From: the human T2T-CHM13v2.0 reference genome, Homo sapiens
Assembly (NCBI RefSeq): GCF_009914755.1
Contig: NC_060926.1
Length of the DNA stretch: 64,000 nt
Direction: 5' to 3' (one strand)
Numbering within the stretch: the first letter of the stretch is position 1; every line of letters starts with the position of its first letter. A program made the translations under genes and the position numbers. The notes under the pieces are model-generated. The model worked only from the letters and a program-made list of their open reading frames with translations, was not told where the DNA came from and made no database searches. Shown piece after piece: positions 50,841 to 64,000 of the stretch.

Positions 50841-53265
50841 TTTTCTTGAAGCCAAATATAGTATTTGTTTAGAAAAAATTCCTAATGACCTTATTTAAAG
50901 AAAAATTTACACCTCAAAGGGACAAACAGATTATAGAGCTCCATGGTTTAAGATAAAAAAGAAAAGTACCACAATTGTTGTTGAAGAAGAAGATGACAGA
51001 GAAAAGAGAAGGAAGCTGGGCCGGAGCTGTGTCTGGAATGAGCAAGGCTTTACTATATTCTGATGCTTCCAAACCTCCAATTCTTTTATCAGAAATACAT
51101 AACAATCATAAGTATCTTGATGAAAAATAATTCTTGGAGAAATCACTAAAGGTTAAAGTGCCTTTGGCAGTTAGATTTCTGTTAATTAGACATTTGTCTG
51201 CCTTCTCTCCATCAGCTTCTCAAGGCTAAGAGTTGGTCTATGCTCAGGAGAAGTTACATGATTTATTTTTATATGACTTCTAATCCATCTGGCCCTAAGA
51301 GTTTATCATCATAAAACTAAAGATATTCTTTAAACTTTTGTTCAAGTGCATAATATATTGTTATGTCTCTAATGAGAAATTACCTGCCATATGATTAAGG
51401 AACTTGTTTGTGAACTAAACCAAAAATGCAAAAATAATAGAATATTCTATGTATGTAAATACAAAGTTATTTATTACCAATGTATAAATATTTTGGAATC
51501 ATTTTCTTGGTTTCTTAACTATTGTAGAAGTTATTTCCTGTAGTTTGCATACTGTTTAGTTTAAGAATCCCCATAACTAGCAGACATTTGTTTAAATGAG
51601 CATATCCAACTACACAATAGGTAGAAGTAGCCTAAATCTTATTAACTCTAGTGATTGCTCTCATAACCATTTCAATGGAAAAGGCATGTTGCTGCCAAAT
51701 TTTATCCAATATATTAAGTCTCTTTGGTTGCATAAAAAAAGACAAAGTAACCCTGAACTATAACATATTCCAAAAATCTGGTGCTTCATGAAGTGAGAAA
51801 TTATGGGCCTGGGTTTTTATAAAATTTGAAAGGTCAAAAGGGTAAGCAGATGGCTAGCTGTAGAATTTATTGCACATTAAGCAATTGTGTTGATGTGCCA
51901 GGCAAAGTCCTGGAAGCTTATGAGACTGTAAAATTCAATGACCCTGTATTAGACTGAGGGTTCAGCTCATGATACACATGCAATTTTAGAGATCACATCT
52001 ATCACTGGTTTATTATCTGTCAGAAACTCACACCATTCAACACAATTAATATCCTGCACTGTAGTTTTTACTATTGCTCTTTTTTTAACCTCTTTTTTTT
52101 CCATCTTGGTATTTTATGCTTCTTTTACAATATTACTAAGTTCAGGATAATCAAGTGACAGCTCAGCAATGCTAAATGATTTTCCAGTAACTTTTCAGTA
52201 TTCATAAGTAATAAAATTGTATAAGGGATATAAAGAATTTAGATACTCAATCCCACAGACTGTCATCAATGTACATGTGTAATACTATTGTCATTAGTTG
52301 CAGCTTTGGAATACAGAGAACAGCAGTCTTTTTTCATACTATATAAAATACTTAAATTTCCTTTCTTAAAAAAAGTTAATCCTAAGAAGGTGATCTAGGG
52401 TAGTATAGTTGCAGACTCTTTCTCTAATCAAGCACAAACAAACAAAATTGTCAAAGACAAATATCTTGCACATCTAAAAAAGTGCTTTCTGGAGACTTGT
52501 TTTTAATGTGATACTAACAAAAATTTACCAGTATACTATGAGATAGCATGCCATAGTGCTCCACTTCAGATATTTTTAGTGGATGATGACTAATAACTTA
52601 ATACTTACTCAATGTCAGATGTGGAACAGGAATTACTACAGCCTCACATATCTTATAAAACTTTACCCTCCCTTCTGAGTTTCCAAACCTCTGTATTTAT
52701 GATTTTTAAGAATATTATATGAATGACCATAATTCTATTAAGTATACATTCAAAAATTCAAATTATTTGTAATTCTAAATAACAATCTGACTAAACCATA
52801 GTTCATCATTATATTCATTTAAGTAAAATATATTAATTTTTGATGCATTTAATTCTGTTTAATTGTACCTCTGAATTTTTGGCATACTTAGCTAGGCCAT
52901 CTTTACTGTTTCCAAAAAAACCAAGTGATAATATTCCTACTCCACATGTTTTAGAGGAAACACTACAAACATCAAAAATCATACTCAAAAGAACTTTTCC
53001 CCATATATACCTTCATTCAAGAATCTAATTGTAGGGTTTATTTAGTGTAAAGGACTTTGTTAAAGTCATGTTTACTCCTCCTCACTTCCATGGGACATTA
53101 ATACAAGACAGGATATTTGCTTTAATACATATGTTTACCTGTACATTAAATTAATTTTAGAAGTAATTTATTTCAGGTTATAGAGGAAACTACTTTTTTT
53201 TAAATAACAGGCTGTCTTGTTTCATAAGATGTCTCGCTGAAGGAGACAGTCTTTGAAAATGTTAT

Positions 53266-53775
53266 TTATTATTTTTTTTGAATTGACATGTTGTAGTTGT
53301 ACATATTTAAGGGGTACAATTTGATGTTCGGATACATCAAAATATCAGTGATCAAGTTGTATAATGATCCAATTAGGGTAGTTAGAGTATCCAAAACCTC
53401 ATACATTTTATCATTTATTTGTGTTGAGCATTTAAATGCCTTAGAGCTATTTTGTAATATACCATAGTTTACTCTCCCTTGTATCACAGAACAACGGAAT
53501 TTAGTCCTGTTATCTAATTACTTTTTACACATTTACCAGCCCCCAACCCCCAATCTCCTCCTCAGTCCCTAGTAACCACTTTTCTACTCTCAGCTTCTCT
53601 GATATCAACTTTGTTTTATATTCTACATATGAGTGAGATTGTGTGATATTTATCTTTCTGTGTCTTGTTTTACTTAACATGAAGTCCTCCAGGTTCATCC
53701 ATGTTGTCACAAATTACAGGATTTCATTTTTTTGTCCTAATAGTATTCCATCATGTATATACCACACTTTTTTTA
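53266..53775 (-). mobile_element. L1MA-type 3' end
   Basis: ttgtacatatttaaggggtaca...gtcctccaggttcatccatgttgtcacaaat...tagtattccatcatgtatataccacac. Confidence 0.88.
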
Positions 53776-53791
53776 CACACTGAATTATTTA

Positions 53792-53871
53792 TTTGGTTGA
53801 TGCAGAAGTAACGGCAGCTTTTGCCGTTGAATGTAATGGCAAAATCCGCAATTAATTTTGCAGCAACCCAG
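53792..53871. mobile_element. MADE1, full length (80 bp)
   Basis: Imperfect palindrome flanked by TA on both sides. Confidence 0.9.
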
Positions 53872-55904
53872 TATCAGGGCATGAAATCCTAGTATGTGAA
53901 CTTTTCTTAAATTTAATACCAAAAACAATTTTTTGACTGTATAAAAGGGTTGGTGTGATAGAAAGTGAAAAGTAAGGAACACCAGGGTGTGTTCCTCACT
54001 AAAATCACTTTACTCTCCAAAACTAAGTTGCACCTTCTCTATATATAAAAATTTGGGGACTATCGGTTATTTCCAAATAGTTCTCTAGTGGGTATGCTCC
54101 AGATTTGTTTGGAGACAAATCTGAATTTCAAATCTAGCTTAATTTCTTTATCTGTATCATTCATAATGTGACATCTTCCATGAAACATTGCTATGAAATA
54201 AATTTATCAATAATCTACTTTAGCTTATGACATATAGATGATGCTATTACTAAATGCTCATTTCTTCAACTTTGTTCTTCTTTCCTCTGGCTCTTCCTTC
54301 TTATTCTAAGTTTCAGTCATTTATCTTAAGAGATTTTATACTCAGGTCTACAAAATTTCTTGCAGTTAGAAAATTATTGTTGTATGAAAATTCATTTGAG
54401 AAGCACATATATGGTGTTAAATCAGTTCAATATTGAGAACTATACTAAGATGTATCTTTGCAAGTTTTGAAAAGAATACATATGACCTTGAAACAAACTG
54501 GAAAATAATGCCTAGAGATAGGCATAGGCTTAAATACAAGAAATTATGTTTTCACATCAAACAATATTCTGAGATTCAGTGGAAATTTTAAATTGTCTAA
54601 TAATCAATGGAAAACATAAAAATGTCCCTTGCATTATCTTTATAAACTGGGCCACCCTTTGACAAAGTCATGTAAGACAGCCAAAATTCAAACTGATTTA
54701 TGTTTTAAATATCTAAATTTAAATAAGAGTTGTGTATAATAAACATGAAAGAAGCAGGAGTCCATAAAGTTCCAAGTCTTTATCATTGTACGGAAAATGT
54801 ACTTAAATATTTTATGTTTTTATCAAGTTTAAATGCCTTTGAAAAGTGAAGAAGAAAAGAAAAAATAAATATAAAAAAAATAAATATAAAGAAAAAAATA
54901 CATATATACCTCAACCAGAAACGGCAAATTTTAATATAATGATCAAATTTAGTAGGAGTGGCAGAATCTTTAAGTAGCAAAGGACCAGATAATATGTAAA
55001 TCCAGATTCTTAGGTGTTGAACTATATGAATCTGTCATCTGTGTTATAGACTATTTGACAACAACTCTATAAATGGATTTTGTGTGAATACCAATGCCAC
55101 ATACATGAATCTGGTAAGCATCCCAGTCAACAGTCCTTATCTGTATTAACTGCAAGCATACTGAAGAAGGCACTCACAAAATTACTTGGGAAGGTATAAT
55201 GGCTTTGTTGATTGATAGGAAGAAAAATTTATCTGGATGTTTGCAGGTTCCAGTTTCATGCAAGGCCAAAAATATCTAGTCTTCAGTAATCTCAAGTAAT
55301 GAGGCTTGAAACCTTTTCTTTGTGAGTAAATACCTTCTAATTCAGAAAAGTTTAGAATTAAGTCTAGAGTCTAGTTTGAAAAAAAATCATAATATTTATT
55401 GTTTGTGATAAGAAGCAATTATCAAATTGAAACTCCATAAATTTTATGTACTATTAGAGCATTTAAGAAAATTTTAATTTATCTATATTTATATATTTAA
55501 TTTATTAAACATTAATGAATATTTTAATTCAGAAATGTTTTCTTTGCTAAGTCAGACAGTTGAAGTACTTATGAAATAAATAAGATATATTAAATTTTTA
55601 AATGCAGTTAAAATATTTGAAGATTTTTAATTAAGTTGGTAAATGGGATCAAACATTACTCAAAGCCAAGCAAAATTGATTATTAATACTAAATGTTAAT
55701 GCTAAATGTATAAACAGGATAATAAAATCTGCCTGCTGAATTTAAGGCTTAACCATTTCTGTTATAACTTTAATGATTTAAATCTTAATATTGAATAAAA
55801 GTGATCTTCTCAAGAGTATTTTAAATATACAAAAACCACTGCTGAAAAATCCAAAATCTTTACAGAAATGAAAAGACCTTTTCTATCACTTCCCATCGTA
55901 GCAT

Positions 55905-56073
55905 TTTGAGAAAATCACTTTATTTCACTCAACCTCAGACATGAAATCTATAAAATAGGGATAGAAATAACTACTATTTAATATAATTTCTTTGAAGATT
56001 GACAGAAACTGCATATGGAGCATTTATACAGTAATTGAAACATAAGTGAACAATAATAGGAATTGTTATTATT
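55905..56073 (+). mobile_element. MIR fragment
   Basis: aacctcag...atctataaaatagggata core and ttattatt end. Confidence 0.7.
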
Positions 56074-56697
56074 AAAACTCTTAGTGACCTTTTAAAAATA
56101 CAATTATTTTGATTTCAGTACTTAAAATGTTCTTTTAAAATATAAATCTGGTATTCTCAATGCCAACATATGGAACTGAATTTAATAACATCTCTGCTAC
56201 TGAATACCTTCTTGGTAATTTGCCCGTGGAAATATTTGGAACACTTCGTAAATTAAGCAATCAAAGTGTTTCCAAATGAATCAGTAAGAAACATAATTTT
56301 TTCATATTTTGCCAAAATTTTAAAACATAAATTTGTGCTTATAAAATGTTTAATTGTAGCAATAAACCCTCAGTAAATACAAGACTCAAGTTTGCCAAAG
56401 GGTTTCTTCTTTCTTCTTCTTTTTTAAATTTTTTTCAGTTCATTGGAATCTTCCTCAAGAGATAAGAGTTTGTCTTTGGCTTATACAAAACAAAACAAAC
56501 AAAAACCCTTTACCAATAATAAAAACAGCAACAATAAAATATGGGCTATATAAAAGATAATAAGTATGCCATCTTAATGCAGCATAAACCTGTAATTCCT
56601 AAATGTAATCAACTTTCCTAGGTAAAGATTTACAAGACAGGTAACTACTTTAGAAAGGTAAAATTGAGAATCAGTGGTTAGAGAATATTAATATTAG

Positions 56698-56999
<302 letters not shown>

Positions 57000-57445
57000 G
57001 ATATATATACTTTCAAGCCTAGAGATTTTCTACCAAATGTCAAATGCTAGCAAACTGACAATATACATTATGAAATATCAAATGTGATTTAAAATCGAAC
57101 ATGAATAAATTATATAAGCTTCTTGTGTTCAAAGAAAAAAAAAACCCACTTATTTAAATATAACATTTTTAAGTACAACACGAACCAATGAGAGAGAAAC
57201 TAAGTTACATTAAATTATTGTGTTCCTGAATATCCAGGTATTGGGCATACCTTAAAATGTAGAAGATTATGTCTCTCATAGTTTTCTTCACAATTAAGTA
57301 ACAGGAGTAGAAATGTGGGGCTAAGGAGGAAAACATCCAATCAATTCTGATTTTGGTTCATTATGGTGAAATGTCTTTTTCATGTGTACATAAAACCTCA
57401 TGGTTGTCTTCACTATCCAATCGCTTTAAGGAAACTTTGATACAG

Positions 57446-57558
57446 TCATTCACTTAGCAAGTATTTATTGAGCAATTACTGACACCATGCAAATGCTGTT
57501 AATGCATCAAAGAACAAAACTGAAAAGCTCCTCCTCTAAAATTTATAATCCAGTAGTA
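57446..57558 (-). mobile_element. L2 3' fragment
   Basis: tcattcacttagcaagtatttattgagca. Confidence 0.65.
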
Positions 57559-57619
57559 AAAGTATAAGATTACCTTTCTCCTACTTTGCTATTTTCTGCT
57601 AAAGTGAAATAGCAACATG

Positions 57620-57780
57620 CTGAGATGACATCTCTAAAACACTAAAAATTAGCTAGGCATGGTACTGTGTGCCTCTTTTCCCAGCTAATTGGAAGGCTGA
57701 GCTGGGAGGATACTTTGAGCCCAGGAGGTCCAGGCTGTAGTGGGTGATGGAGTGAGACCCTGTCTCCAAAGACAAAAAAA
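57620..57780 (+). mobile_element. AluJ right-arm/FRAM-like fragment with an internal deletion
   Basis: aaaaattagctaggcatggt...gagcccaggaggtccaggctgtagtg|ggtgatggagtgagaccctgtctc. Confidence 0.8.
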
Positions 57781-58984
57781 TCAAAACCAGTTATTTTTGT
57801 TTTTAATGTTAATCTTAGCAAAATATTAATTAAATATTTGGCAACATTAGTCTAAATTTAAAGGAAAAGGATTCATTTTGACTCTAGACAAAGGAGGTGA
57901 GAAAACTTCTCTTTTAATTACAACTATTTTGTTTCACTTCTGCTAAGTGATATATATTTTTATTGACAAACATCATAATCAGACTTCTCAGGTCTTCAAC
58001 AATAAAAGTTAATAATTCTGTTAACTGTATATTTTTAAACTGTGGAGGGAGCAAAGAAACATTTTCAAATCTGATTGGGATCAGCAGCAATGTACTCTGA
58101 TTACTGTAGATTTTGTTTTTCCATTTTTGAAGCACTAGAGCCCCAGGCTAAAACTAAACTGAAGCACTGAAATCATCTCCTTTCCTATTTTTCCTGACAA
58201 TGTTACAGTACTGACAGATTTCAGTAAATGGATAAAGTGAAAAAATAAAGTGTATATCATGTCTTTCTTTTCTCAGTGGTATTCCAGTATAATCACATAG
58301 TTGAAAGTTATTTGCAGAATAATTCTAGTCAATAACTACAGGAGAGATATTAGAAAGTCATTTTTGTAAGCCTAATGAAATGATAGATCTATGCAATGAT
58401 CATTAATACATGTTGAATCTATATATATAAATTAATGAAAGAAAACTAACACTGGCCTCTAATGAATGTACTGATTAATTGTATCATTACTAAAATTGGA
58501 ATTAACCACAAACCATGCCTCATGCTTACTGCAGTAGAATACAACATGCACAGAATCACTAAATTCATATCTTTTACTGATTCATCCCTAAAAACAGGAA
58601 TAACAAGAGTAGGGAGTAAGAAACTACTAGAGATGGATCAGATGCTCACAAACAGAGAATTTTGCATTTGATAAGGTTTTCCCTCTGTTGTAAAAAATAA
58701 TTGAGCTGATGAGAGTGGAAAGTTTCATCATTCCTTCTTATTTGTCTTACTCATATAAGGAAAAATTGGAACATTCATTTTATGCCATCAACTGGAGTAT
58801 ATATATTCTATGACCCTATGGTTATAAATGTAAAAGCAAATGAATTTATTTAACTCACTAGCCTGGTGAGTGTGTATATGTTTTAACTTTATCAACTTAA
58901 TAGTTATTCATTTCCTCAATGCTCTGGTAGATTAGAGTTAGTCTTATAATAGATACTCAATTAACACTTACTAAATATAAGTGA

Positions 58985-59275
58985 GGTCAGGAGTGGTTGC
59001 TCATGCCCATAATCCCAGCATTTTGGGAGGTCAAGGCGAACAGATCACCTGAGGTCAGGAGACCTGGCTAACATGGTAAAATCCATTCTCTACTAAAAAT
59101 ACAAAAATAAGCTAGGACTGGTGGTGCACACCTGTTGACTCAGCTACTTAGGAGGCTGAGGTTGGAGGATCGCTTGAATCTGGGAAGCAGAGGTTGCAGT
59201 GTGCTGAGGCCATGCCACTGCACTCCAGCCTGGGTGACAGAGTGAGACTTTGTTTCAAAAAAATAAAAAATAAAT
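58985..59275 (+). mobile_element. Alu (AluS)
   Basis: Diverged dimer with gatcacctgaggtcaggag and an A-rich tail. Confidence 0.93.
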
Positions 59276-59655
59276 AATTATATATATAAAATTGAGGATA
59301 AGTAAATAATAATTTAAAATAAAGAATATAATCAGTGTGTTGAATACAGTGAGATAATATTATGTTATATGCAGATTATTTGAATATGTACCTTCCAAGA
59401 TGAAAAGATACATTAATTCCATAAAAACATATTTCAGACTTTGATTGGTACTAGACAGTGCTTGAGAATATGCATGTAAAGGAAGATATGGTAAGGACAT
59501 ATTGCTTAATTTCCTTTTTTACTAGTCTATTTGGTTTTTTTTTTAATTTTATTTGAATCTTTTTTTACATTAAAAACTATCCACATGAATTGGTTTTATT
59601 AAATATTATTCTTTAAAATATCGCAGACCAATACTGTTATGGATCACATGGATAT

Positions 59656-60117
59656 TGTCAGGCCTCCGAGCCCAAGCCAAGCCATCGCATCCCCTGTGAC
59701 TTGCACTTATACATCCAGATGGCCTGAAGTAACTGAAGATCCACAAAAGAAGTAAAAATAACCTTAACTGATGACATTCCACCATTGTGATTTGTTTCTG
59801 CCCCACCCTCACTGATCAATGTACTTTGCAATCTCCGCCACCCTTAAGATGGTTCTTTATAATTTCCCCAACCCTTAAGAAGGTTCTTTGTAATTCTCCC
59901 CACCCTTGAGGATGTACTTTGTGAGATCCATCCCTGCCCGCAAAACATTGCTCTTAACTTCACCACCTATCCCAAAACCTATAAGAACTAATGATAATCC
60001 ACCACCCTTTGCTGACTCTCTTTTCGGACTCAGCCCGCCTGCACCCAGGTGAAATAAACAGCCATGTTGCTCACACAAAGTCTGTTTGGTGGTCTCTTCA
60101 CGTGGACGCGCATGAAA
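59656..60117 (+). mobile_element. Solo LTR7 (HERV-H)
   Basis: tgtcaggcctccgagcccaagccaagccatcgcatcccctgtgac...ggacgcgcatgaaa. TATA-like box at 59980-59985, AATAAA at 60053-60058, and a 5-bp TSD GATAT on both sides. Confidence 0.96.
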
Positions 60118-60507
60118 GATATGAACTGGATTTTTTAAACACATTATTTTTAGGTCTGGGAAAAATAATGACCTTTTATTTCTTCTCTATATTACTTTTC
60201 AGGGTATGTTTACCATTAAGCTTTTCCCAACTAATGCTCCATACTAATTCCTCTGGCATTCATGAACAGAGAATTATAAGGGCTAATTCTCTTGAAAGTC
60301 AGAGTTAAACAGTGAGTCATTGGGGACTGCAAGAACTTTTATTTGATTTTCCTCTAAATGTTAAATAGGTTTTAAAGAAAGCATTGATAAGCTAACAGGT
60401 AATAAAAACATAAGCCCTTTAATACAAAAGTTTAAAGAATAACCAGAAAAAATATATAATGAAGAAGAAAGATAGGCAAGTAAAAATTGCTGCCTATAGG
60501 ATTGCTT

Positions 60508-60630
60508 TAAGCAACCACATAATTTATCATCCAAACTGATCATTTTGAAAATGCACTATTAATACTTACATTGGAACAGTATGTGTGACCTGTGTCTGTT
60601 CCAGTTAAAGCAGGATGTGTGATCACCCTA
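60508..60630. mobile_element. MER96-like hAT MITE
   Basis: accacataatttatcatccaaact...gatgtgtgatcacccta. Confidence 0.6.
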
Positions 60631-61349
60631 GAACTGCCTACTCAGGAATTTCCAATATACATTAATATAAAGGTAACAGCTTAATTCTCGTCTCTATTCC
60701 TCAAAAGGAAGAAGCAATAAGGGTATCAGGCTTACTCTTCACATTCAAAACACTTTTTTAAAAGTTGAATTCAGATTGTAAATAATAATTTCAAAAAAGA
60801 GGTGTTTTGATAATCATTGGATAATTTATATGTTTAACGTGCATTTTTTAAAAATGGTCATTTTGCTATATCTTTTTTAAAGTCATAAATGAAGTCTAAG
60901 AAATAAGCAGAGACAATGTCCTTCAGAGTAAAAAATAGTCTAAAAATATTTCACTTATAGAACAGAAATAGAATAAAGTTTATTGAAATATTATCTACAT
61001 AATAAAAGTGGTTTTATGGTTTTTAATCTATTAAGCCAGGTTTAAAAATAAAACATAGGAAATAAACCTTAATTATAATTTTACATGTGACATAAAATAA
61101 TAAGGCATTTTGTAATTATTATCTTTGAAATTCTGCTAGAAATATCATTGTTTATTAATATAAGTGTGATTTTGAAATTTAAATACATTCCAAGTAGCTT
61201 TGTTACCCAATTTTTTGTCACATTATTGCTCTTTAAGCAAAATAATGGCCCTAAATAATGGTTCTGCACCACGTATCCACCCTTGAATTGGATAAATTTC
61301 CATATCAGTTAAGATTTTGGGATAAAACTACTCAATAGATTGATGATGA

Positions 61350-61684
61350 TTTCATTAAGGGGCTATATAAAAGATGTAGTCAAGTGCCAGCAAAAGCAGA
61401 AAACTTACCACCTCTACCCATGAGAGGACAAGGGGAGGAAGTGACTCCAGGCATCCAGAGGTAAGAGTTTTACCTATGGGTAGGAGGCCTTTGTTAGAAG
61501 GAAACAGCAGATCCTCATTATAATGTCTCTGAGAGGCAATGTGGAATAAATTCCTACAAGTGATTCACATTAGCAAACCTCAATTATAAGCCAGGCATCA
61601 GGGTAACCCAGCTGACAGAGTCCACAAGGGTCAAAGAGCATAGTAGAGGAGGGTGGCAAATATATCTGGAGAGGCAAACGAAAA
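61350..61684 (-). mobile_element. Old ERVL LTR (LTR33-like), split by the LTR5 insertion and resuming briefly at about 62640-62655
   Basis: gagggtggcaaatatatctggagaggcaaac[gaaaa]tatccag reads through once the LTR5 is removed. Confidence 0.5.
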
Positions 61685-62639
61685 TGAAGGGATGGGTTGC
61701 CCCTCCACACCTGTGGGTGTTTCTCGTTAGGTGGAACGAGAGACTTGGAAAAGAAAGAGATACAGAGACAAAGTATAGAGAAAGAAAAAGGGGCCTAGGG
61801 GACCAGCATTCAGCATATGGAGGATCCACGCAGGCACCGGCCTCTGAGTTCCCTTAGTATTTATTGATCATTATCAGGGATGGCAGGATTATAGTGGAGA
61901 GAAGGTCAGAAGGTAACAAATGTCTCTGCATCATAAACTAAGGTAAAGAAAAAATTGCTGTGCTTTTGATGTGCATATACATAAACATCTCAATGCCTTA
62001 AGGAGCAGTATTGCTGCCAGCGTGTCCCACCTCCAGGCCTAAGGCGGTTTTACCCTATCTCAGTAGATGGAATATACAATCGGGCTTTACACTGAGACAT
62101 TCCATTGCCCAGGGAGGAGCAGGAGACAGAAGCCTTCCTCTTATCTCAGCTGCAAAGAGGGGTTCCTTCCTCTTTTACTAATCCTCCTCAGCACAGACCC
62201 TTTACGGGTGTCGGGCTGGGGGACGGTCAGGTCCTTCCCTTCCCACAAGGCCATATTTCAGACTATCACATGGGGAGAAACCTTGGACAATACCTGGCTT
62301 TCCTAGGCAGAGGTCCCCGCGGCCTTCAGCAGTGTTTTGTGTCTCTGGGTACTTGAGATTAGGGAGTGGTTTGAGATTAGGGAGTGGTGGTGACTCTTAA
62401 CAAGCATGCTGCCTTCAAGTGTTTGTTTAACAAAGCACACCCTGCACCACCCTTAATCCACTTAACCCTAAATTGACAGCACATGTTTCAGGGAGCACAG
62501 GGTTGGGGGTAGGGTTACAGATTAACAGCATCTCAAAGCAGAAGAATTTTTCTTAGTACAGAAGAAAATGGAGTCTCCTATGTCTACTTCTTTCTACACA
62601 GACACAGTAACAATCTGAACTCTCTTTCTTTTCCCCACA
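61685..62639 (-). mobile_element. Solo HERV-K(HML-2) LTR, LTR5B-like
   Basis: The minus strand starts tgtggggaaaagaaagaga and ends ggggcaacccatcccttca; 955 bp. The 6-bp TSD is cgaaaa / caaaaa. Confidence 0.94.
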
Positions 62640-62714
62640 CAAAAATATCCAGAACTCTACATTTTCGGTTTCTCACCATCCATTATTGTCTTTTGTATAT
62701 AAAATGTTTAGTCA

Positions 62715-63595
62715 CCAGTACTATGTTGAATAGAAATGTGAGAGTGGGCATCATTGTCTTGTTCTAGTTCTCAAAGGGAATGCTTTCAATTTTTCCCCAT
62801 TCATTATTATGTTGTCTGTGGGTTTGTCACAGATGCTTTTTGTTACATTAAGGTATGTCCCTTCTATGCTAATTTTACTGAGGGTTTTAATCATAAAGGG
62901 ATGCTGAATTTTGTCAAATGCTTTTTCTGCATCTATTGAGATGATCAGGTGATTTGTGCTTTTAATTCTGTTCATGTGGTGTATCATGTTTATTGACTTG
63001 CATATGTTAAACCACCCCAGAATACCTGGTATGAAACCCACTTGATCATGGTAGATTATCTTTTTGATATGCTGTTGGATTCAGTTAGCTAGTATTTTGT
63101 TAAGGAATTCTGCATTTCTATTCATCAGGGATATTGGTCTGTAGTTTTCTTTTTTTGTCATGTCCTTTTCTGATTTTGGTATTAGGGTGATACTGGCATC
63201 ACAGAATGATTTAGGAAGAATTTCTTCTTTCTCTATCTTGTGGAATAGTATCAATAGGATTGGTAACAATTCTTTCCTGAATGTCTGATACAATTCATCT
63301 GTGAATCCATCTGGTCCTGGACTTTTTTGTTGCTGTTGGCAATGTTTTTTATTACCATTTCAATTTAACTGCTTGTTATTGGTCTGTTCAGAGTTTCTAT
63401 TTCTTCCTGATTTAATCTAAGGGAGTTGTATATTTCCAGGAATTTATCCATCTCCTCCAGGTTTTCTAGTTTATGCATATGAAGGTTTTCATAGTAGCCT
63501 TGAAAGATCTTTTGTATTTCTGTGTTATTGGTTGTAATATCTCCCAGTTTGTTTCTAATTGAGCTACTTGGATCTTATCTCTTCATTTCTTGGTT
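62715..63595 (-). mobile_element. Inverted segment of a twin-primed L1PB-like element
   Basis: Minus-strand ORF2 peptides ([26 protein letters not shown]). Confidence 0.92.
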
Positions 63596-63597
63596 CA

Positions 63598-64000
63598 AGC
63601 CAGAGCAATCCAACAAGAGAAAGAACTAAAGGACATCCAAATCGGTAAAAAGAAATTCAAACTGTCTCTGCTGATTATATGATCATATACCTAGAAAACC
63701 CCAAAGAACCTGCCAAAAAGCTCCTAGTCCTGATAAAGGAATTTAGCAAAGTTTCAGGATACAAAATCAATGTACACAAATCAGTAGCACTGCTATACAC
63801 CAATAGTGACCAAGCTGAGAATGAAATCAAGAACTCAACCTCTTTTGTAGTAGCTGCAAAAATAAAATAAAATACTTAGGAATATACCTAACCAAGGAGG
63901 TGAAAGACCTCTACAAGGAAAACTACAAAACACTGGTGAAAGGAATCACAGATGACACCAACAAATGGAAACACATCCATGCTCATGGATGAGTAGAATC
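63598..64000 (+). mobile_element. Sense segment of the same L1PB-like element, running off the window
   Basis: agccagagcaatc...; the peptide [20 protein letters not shown] is typical of L1PB. Confidence 0.92.

Noticed and set aside
50935-51063. Purine-rich stretch reading ...KKKSTTIVVEEEDDREKRRK...
   Set aside because: It is short, ends in a stop, has no convincing splice sites and matches no protein I recognise.
55247-55321. Possible plus-strand mini-exon (ttgcag|...|gtgagt)
   Set aside because: The polypyrimidine tract is weak, and such site pairs are expected by chance in 64 kb.

Overview
This is AT-rich primate (human-like) intergenic or deep-intronic DNA made up mostly of transposable-element fossils. 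I recognise no host protein-coding exon, tRNA, rRNA or CRISPR array. Every long ORF in the track is LINE-1 ORF2 or repeat-derived. Young elements: a 5'-truncated L1PA3-like copy (2483-5727), two tail-less internal L1PA fragments (17371-19108 and 32530-33153), a twin-primed L1PA3/4 (28552-32446), a twin-primed L1PB running off the right edge, about ten Alus, a solo LTR7 and a solo LTR5B-like LTR. Older elements: THE1, an MLT1D provirus, L1M, L2, MIR and several DNA-transposon MITEs. The most interesting structure is threefold. Neighbouring L1 copies share non-consensus substitutions in short patches, which suggests local gene conversion or a common donor. A 2.5-kb AT-rich tract is bracketed by inverted copies of its own flank. 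A flank-derived splice acceptor and ATG open a 629-aa endonuclease-less RT frame. Subfamily calls rest on recalled consensus sequences, and the boundaries of old repeats are approximate. I found no convincing new gene system.
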